Of a DNA stretch of 64,000 nucleotides, positions 59,177 to 64,000 are shown piece by piece; within the stretch, counting starts at the first letter, position 1, and each line of letters starts with the position of its first letter. Source of the stretch: an uncultured Gammaproteobacteria bacterium. Lineage in GTDB: Bacteria; Pseudomonadota; Gammaproteobacteria; Xanthomonadales; Rhodanobacteraceae. Where the stretch lies: assembly GCA_963720445.1 (NCBI GenBank), contig CAVRFO010000002.1, forward strand, positions 439,545 to 503,544, read 5' to 3'. The notes under the pieces were generated by a model that saw only the letters and a list, made by a program, of their open reading frames with translations, did not search any database and had not been told where the DNA came from. The translations under genes and the position numbers were made by a program.

Positions 59177-59416
59177 AACAAATTCCAGCGTGTGCGTAGG
59201 GTGCAAGATCGTACTTGGGAAGATCCGGACAAGTCCATCGACGACCCGGTGCGCCCCGCTCGATGAGCGACTGCACGCGACCTGCGCTATGGCGGTGTGC
59301 GCGAAACCTCCCTTGCGACCCCCAGGAGTCGCAAGTATTCTGGATCGACGCGCACCAATGCCGGTGTCGGATGTCCACGAGGCGATGGAATGGTCAAGCA
59401 AGCAGGCAAGCAGGCC

Positions 59417-59977
59417 GTGAGCGATAACGTGGTGCGTCCCGCGTCGAACGAGAACTATCTGTTGATCAGCGCGTTCTGCGCAGCCGGCAAATCGCCTCTG
59501 GTTGCGATCAGCAAACGCATTTCCGAATGCGGCTGCAATCTTGCCGAGGGCCGGGTGTCGACACTCGGCAATGAAGTCAGCGTGCTCGCCCTGGCGCAGG
59601 GCGCCTGGGATGCAATCGCGAAACTCGAGAATGCGCTCGCCCGACTCGATCGCGATGGCGACCTGCGCCTGACCCACTTCCGCACCGGCGCGAAGGAACA
59701 GCAGCCGAACCTCTTGCCGTATGTGATCGAGGTCGTTGCCGCCGACAAGCCCGGTGTCCTGTTCCAGCTCGCGGAATTCTTCGCACAGCAGACCATCACG
59801 ATCGAGCAGCTGCATTCGACGCGCTATCGCGCGATGCAGACCGGCGCCGACATGTTTTCCGCGCAGATCACGATCGGGATTCCGACCACCACGCATATCG
59901 CGGCGCTGCGCGACGATTTCCTCGAGTTCTGCGACAACCTCAACCTCGACGCGATCATGGATCCGATGAAATTCTGA
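59417..59977 (+). CDS. gcvR: GcvR-like tandem ACT-domain protein
   Basis: GCNL...R, W.AIAKLE, D.PG....LAEFF; divergent from dapA and coupled to bcp. Confidence 0.82.
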   Translation: MSDNVVRPASNENYLLISAFCAAGKSPLVAISKRISECGCNLAEGRVSTLGNEVSVLALAQGAWDAIAKLENALARLDRDGDLRLTHFRTGAKEQQPNLLPYVIEVVAADKPGVLFQLAEFFAQQTITIEQLHSTRYRAMQTGADMFSAQITIGIPTTTHIAALRDDFLEFCDNLNLDAIMDPMKF

Positions 59978-60441
59978 TGACCCTCGCCGTGGGCAGGAAA
60001 GTGCCCCCACTCAAAGGTCTGCTCGAGGACGGCACCATGCTGGCCCTCGCCGACCTGCGCGGGCGATCGGTCGTGATCTATTTCTATCCAAAGGACAACA
60101 CCCCCGGCTGCACGCGCGAAGCGCAGGATTTCCGTGACCTGCACGCGCAGTTTCGCGAACGCGGTTGCGAAATCATCGGCGTGTCGCGCGATTCGGCCGC
60201 CTCGCACGGCAAATTCAGCACCAGGCAGTCATTGCCGTTCGCGCTGGTTTCCGACGTCGACGAAACCTGGTGCCGCGCATTCGACGTGCTCGGCGAAAAG
60301 ATGTTGTACGGCAAGCGTTATTTCGGCGTGATCCGCAGCACATTCCTGATCGACGCCAATGGCATCCTCGTCGCCGAGTGGCGCGGCGTGAAGGTGCCGG
60401 GCCACGCGGCTGCGGTACTGGAGCGGCTGGCTGCCGCATGA
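59977..60441 (+). CDS. bcp: BCP-type peroxiredoxin
   Basis: YFYPKDNTPGCTREA.DF, GVSRD, RSTFLID. Confidence 0.92.
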   Translation: MTLAVGRKVPPLKGLLEDGTMLALADLRGRSVVIYFYPKDNTPGCTREAQDFRDLHAQFRERGCEIIGVSRDSAASHGKFSTRQSLPFALVSDVDETWCRAFDVLGEKMLYGKRYFGVIRSTFLIDANGILVAEWRGVKVPGHAAAVLERLAAA

Positions 60442-60526
60442 TCGTCATCGTATTCACAGACCATCGGACCGCCCTCCGCGCGGCACACGGCGCACACCCC
60501 GCCCTTCCCTTTTTCGAGAGCCCCGC

Positions 60527-61923
60527 ATGACCCGAGGCAAACGCGTTTACGTACTCGACACCAACGTGCTGATGCACGATCCGACCGCGCTGTTCCGTTT
60601 CGAGGAACACGATGTCTTCATTCCAATGACGGTGCTGGAAGAACTCGACGCGGCGAAAAAAGGTACCTCGGAAACCTCGCGCAATGCGCGCCAGGTCAGT
60701 CGTTTCCTCAACGAGCTGATTGTCGCCAGCAACGGCCGGCACATCGATGAGGGACTCGACCTGCGCCTGCCGAAGAGCGTGCAGCTCAAACGCCGCCAGA
60801 ATGTCGGCCGTCTATACTTCCAGACCAGCGCGCAGCCAGCCGCCGACAAATCCGTGCGGCACACGATGCCGGACAACCTGATCCTCGCCTCGATCATCAC
60901 CCTGCGCGAACAGCGGCCCAAGGAATCGGTCGTGCTGGTGTCCAAGGACATCAACCTGCGGATCAAGGCGACGATTGACGGGATTACCGCCGAGGATTAC
61001 GAGAACGACCGCGCTCTCGACGATTTCAGCCTGCTCTACACCGGCGTCACCGAGCTCCCGGCCGACTTCTGGCAGCGCCATTCCGGCCTGCGTTCGTGGT
61101 CGGAACGCGGTCGCACATTCTACGAGGTGAAGCGGCGCAAGGACGAGGAGTGGCATCCGAACCAGAGCGTGTACCTGCCCGGCGACGATGAAGTCGAGAT
61201 GCGCGTGCTGCACGTCGAGGGCACCAAGGCGACGCTGCAGATCGTCGACGACTATCGCAGCGGCTCGCACACGGTGTGGGGCGTGGCCGCGCGCAACCGC
61301 GAGCAGAATTTCGCGTTGAACGCGTTGATGGACCCGGAAGTCGATTTCGTGACCCTGCTCGGTACGGCCGGCACCGGCAAGACCCTGCTCGCGCTCGCGG
61401 CAGGCCTGGCCCAGGTCATGGACCAGCAGCGTTACCGCGAGATCATCATGACCCGCGCAACCGTATCGGTCGGCGAGGACATCGGCTTCCTGCCCGGCAC
61501 CGAAGAGGAAAAGATGACGCCGTGGATGGGCGCATTGACCGACAACCTCGAAGTGTTGACCAACCCGCAGGAAGGCGGCGCCTGGGGCCGCGCGGCGACC
61601 AACGACCTGCTCGCCTCGCGGATCAAGATCCGCGCGATGAACTTCATGCGCGGGCGCACGTTCCTCGCACGTTACTGATCGTCGACGAAGCGCAGAACCT
61701 GACTCCGAAACAGATGAAGACGCTGGTCACGCGCGCCGGTCCCGGCAGCAAGATGGTGTGCCTGGGCAACGTCGAACAGATCGACACGCCGTACCTGACC
61801 GAAACGACTTCGGGGCTGACCTACGCGGTCGATCGCTTCAAGGGCTGGCAGCACAGCGCGCACGTCACGCTGCGGCGTGGCGAGCGTTCGCGGCTGGCCG
61901 ATTACGCATCGGAGAAGCTGTAG
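60527..61923 (+). CDS. PIN-PhoH family protein (frameshift near 61675)
   Basis: VLDTNVL PIN domain, LVSKDINLRIKA, GTAGTGKT, IGFLPG.EEEK, RGRT, DEAQN, RGERS.LA. Confidence 0.9.
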
Positions 61924-61968
61924 GTTCAACGATCGAACGGTTTGCTCCGGTGGGGCGAACCGTTTTTT

Positions 61969-62041
61969 GTGGGAGCGGCGGCAGCCGCGATGCTTTGTGC
62001 AACATCCTCGACAAAAGCATCGCGGCTTCCGCCGCTCCCAC
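61969..62041. repeat. REP doublet
   Basis: gtgggagcggcggcagccgcgatgc ... gcatcgcggcttccgccgctcccac. Confidence 0.85.
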
Positions 62042-62119
62042 AGTTCCGGGTGCATGCGCACTGTGCTGACATCGGCTCGGCAGAAGCTGCAACGATATCG
62101 AATCAGACCCCGGTGCGAC

Positions 62120-63322
62120 TCAGAAGCGCATCGACCACAGCGCTTCGAATTCGAACTGGCTGGCCGTGCCGTCGCTGCGCGCCAGATAGCTCGGCATCAA
62201 CAGGTAATACGGCGACGTGGCATAGCTTGCGAGAAAGCTGAGGCTCGAGTGCGCACCGAAGCCGCGCGACCAGCCGAGTGAAATCATGTCGTTCGCGGTC
62301 GCCGGCGCCAACGCATTCGCGAGCAGCGTCGAGGTCGGAATCGGCTGCTGGCGCGTCGTGTAACGCAGCATCACGTTGCCGATGTCGGCATCGTGCAGGG
62401 TCCAGCCGACGCTGTAGACGTTGAGGTCGCGCCAGGCGAACACCGGACTGGAACCATCGCCAAGCAGCGCGAGGAAACGGGTCGGCAGATTCGAACTGGT
62501 GAACGGCGTGATCGCGCTGTACATCACCCGCTGGACACCGACATCCATGCCGAACCGAGGAGTCAACGCATAGCTGACGCTCGCCATCGCACTGGCCGGA
62601 ATATCGAAATCGCCCGGATCGGCGAACACACCGCGATAGTTCGCGAACGCACCCATGCCAACCCGCGATTGATAGCCAAGATTCCAGCGCAGACCATCGC
62701 CGAGAACGCTGCTTACATCGACACGCGCGCCGGCGCCGTACGAGCTGTCGCCGAATCGCGTGGGCAACGGCGCCCAGCCATCGGTAACGGTTGTACCGAG
62801 ACCAAGACTCGCGAAACGCTGGTACGCGAGTACCCCGGTCAAGCGGATGCTGCCACGGTCGCCCCACTCACGCGCCAGGGTCGGCGCGATCACCGTGCGC
62901 TGCAATCCGGGCTGCGGCAGATCAACAAGATGCGCGGGCTGGTTCGGCAATACGCTGGGCGTATCGGAGACCGTGCCGGTTGCGACCGAGATGCCGAGAT
63001 GCGTCGCCAATGCATTGCGCGCCTCGAACAGCGGCGCCTTTTCGACATCGCCGGAATAATTGTCGAGCACGCGCGGCGCGCCGTAGGACGCCGGCAGCAC
63101 GGCCCAGGAAAACTGCGGGGTGATGCTCGACAATGCGTAGTCGTGCCAACGCGACAGAACTGATTCGTCTGCGGCGGCTTCGATTTGGTATGTGGTCGCG
63201 GAAATGGCGACAGCATGCTCGCCATCGAAAGGCGCGGCATGTGCCAAAAAAGAAAATGGGAGCGCCAGCCCTGCGCTTAGCGCTCCCATCCATCTCCCTG
63301 CGGTTGCTGTTGCCCGCTGCAT
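62120..63322 (-). CDS. Outer-membrane beta-barrel protein, partial FadL/OmpP1-like similarity
   Basis: Signal peptide, Y.G.FA..G.FDIP, F.W.D..VY, terminal Phe (ALWSMRF); start uncertain. Confidence 0.6.
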   Translation of the reverse strand: MQRATATAGRWMGALSAGLALPFSFLAHAAPFDGEHAVAISATTYQIEAAADESVLSRWHDYALSSITPQFSWAVLPASYGAPRVLDNYSGDVEKAPLFEARNALATHLGISVATGTVSDTPSVLPNQPAHLVDLPQPGLQRTVIAPTLAREWGDRGSIRLTGVLAYQRFASLGLGTTVTDGWAPLPTRFGDSSYGAGARVDVSSVLGDGLRWNLGYQSRVGMGAFANYRGVFADPGDFDIPASAMASVSYALTPRFGMDVGVQRVMYSAITPFTSSNLPTRFLALLGDGSSPVFAWRDLNVYSVGWTLHDADIGNVMLRYTTRQQPIPTSTLLANALAPATANDMISLGWSRGFGAHSSLSFLASYATSPYYLLMPSYLARSDGTASQFEFEALWSMRF

Positions 63323-63517
63323 AGCCCTTAGCTGCGGTGATGGAAACATTGTGGTGTAATTCGTCTCGAATCATTGGCGAAAACGCAACACATGTCAAGT
63401 GTTGCCTTGATCTTCACTATACGCAATCCCGGCAATGCTGTCATTTTCCTTGTCTTTCAAGGTTTTCATGGCATATGCCATGGCCTCCTTCCATGTTGTA
63501 AAACGGCAACAACCACC

Positions 63518-64000
<483 letters not shown>

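Overview
High-GC chromosomal window from a Xanthomonadales-type gammaproteobacterium (Rhodanobacteraceae-like, inferred from gene order and protein style). It is mostly core genome: sucA-sucB-lpdA, gyrA, mtnA, murJ-ribF-ileS-lspA-ispH, rpsT, rplU-rpmA-obgE, uvrA, nnr-tsaE-amiC-mutL, queG, pcnB-folK-panB-panC-panD, fdxA, dapA, gcvR-bcp-phoH and thiD, plus three tRNAs. Accessory content is a lower-GC double type IV minor-pilin/PilY1 cluster and two toxin-antitoxin modules. Many essential genes carry 1-bp frameshifts that look like assembly indels. The most striking layer is a set of at least five short palindromic repeat families. (1) CGTC-type palindromes form inward-facing arrays around a small GIY-YIG nuclease gene, in a REPtron-like layout. 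(2) REP doublets are inserted inside the coding sequences of sucB and ileS. (3) Hairpin arrays carry loops that match the CsrA/RsmA site CANGGAUG, downstream of tRNA-Glu and upstream of panD. Start codons and repeat boundaries were placed by eye and may be a few bases off.
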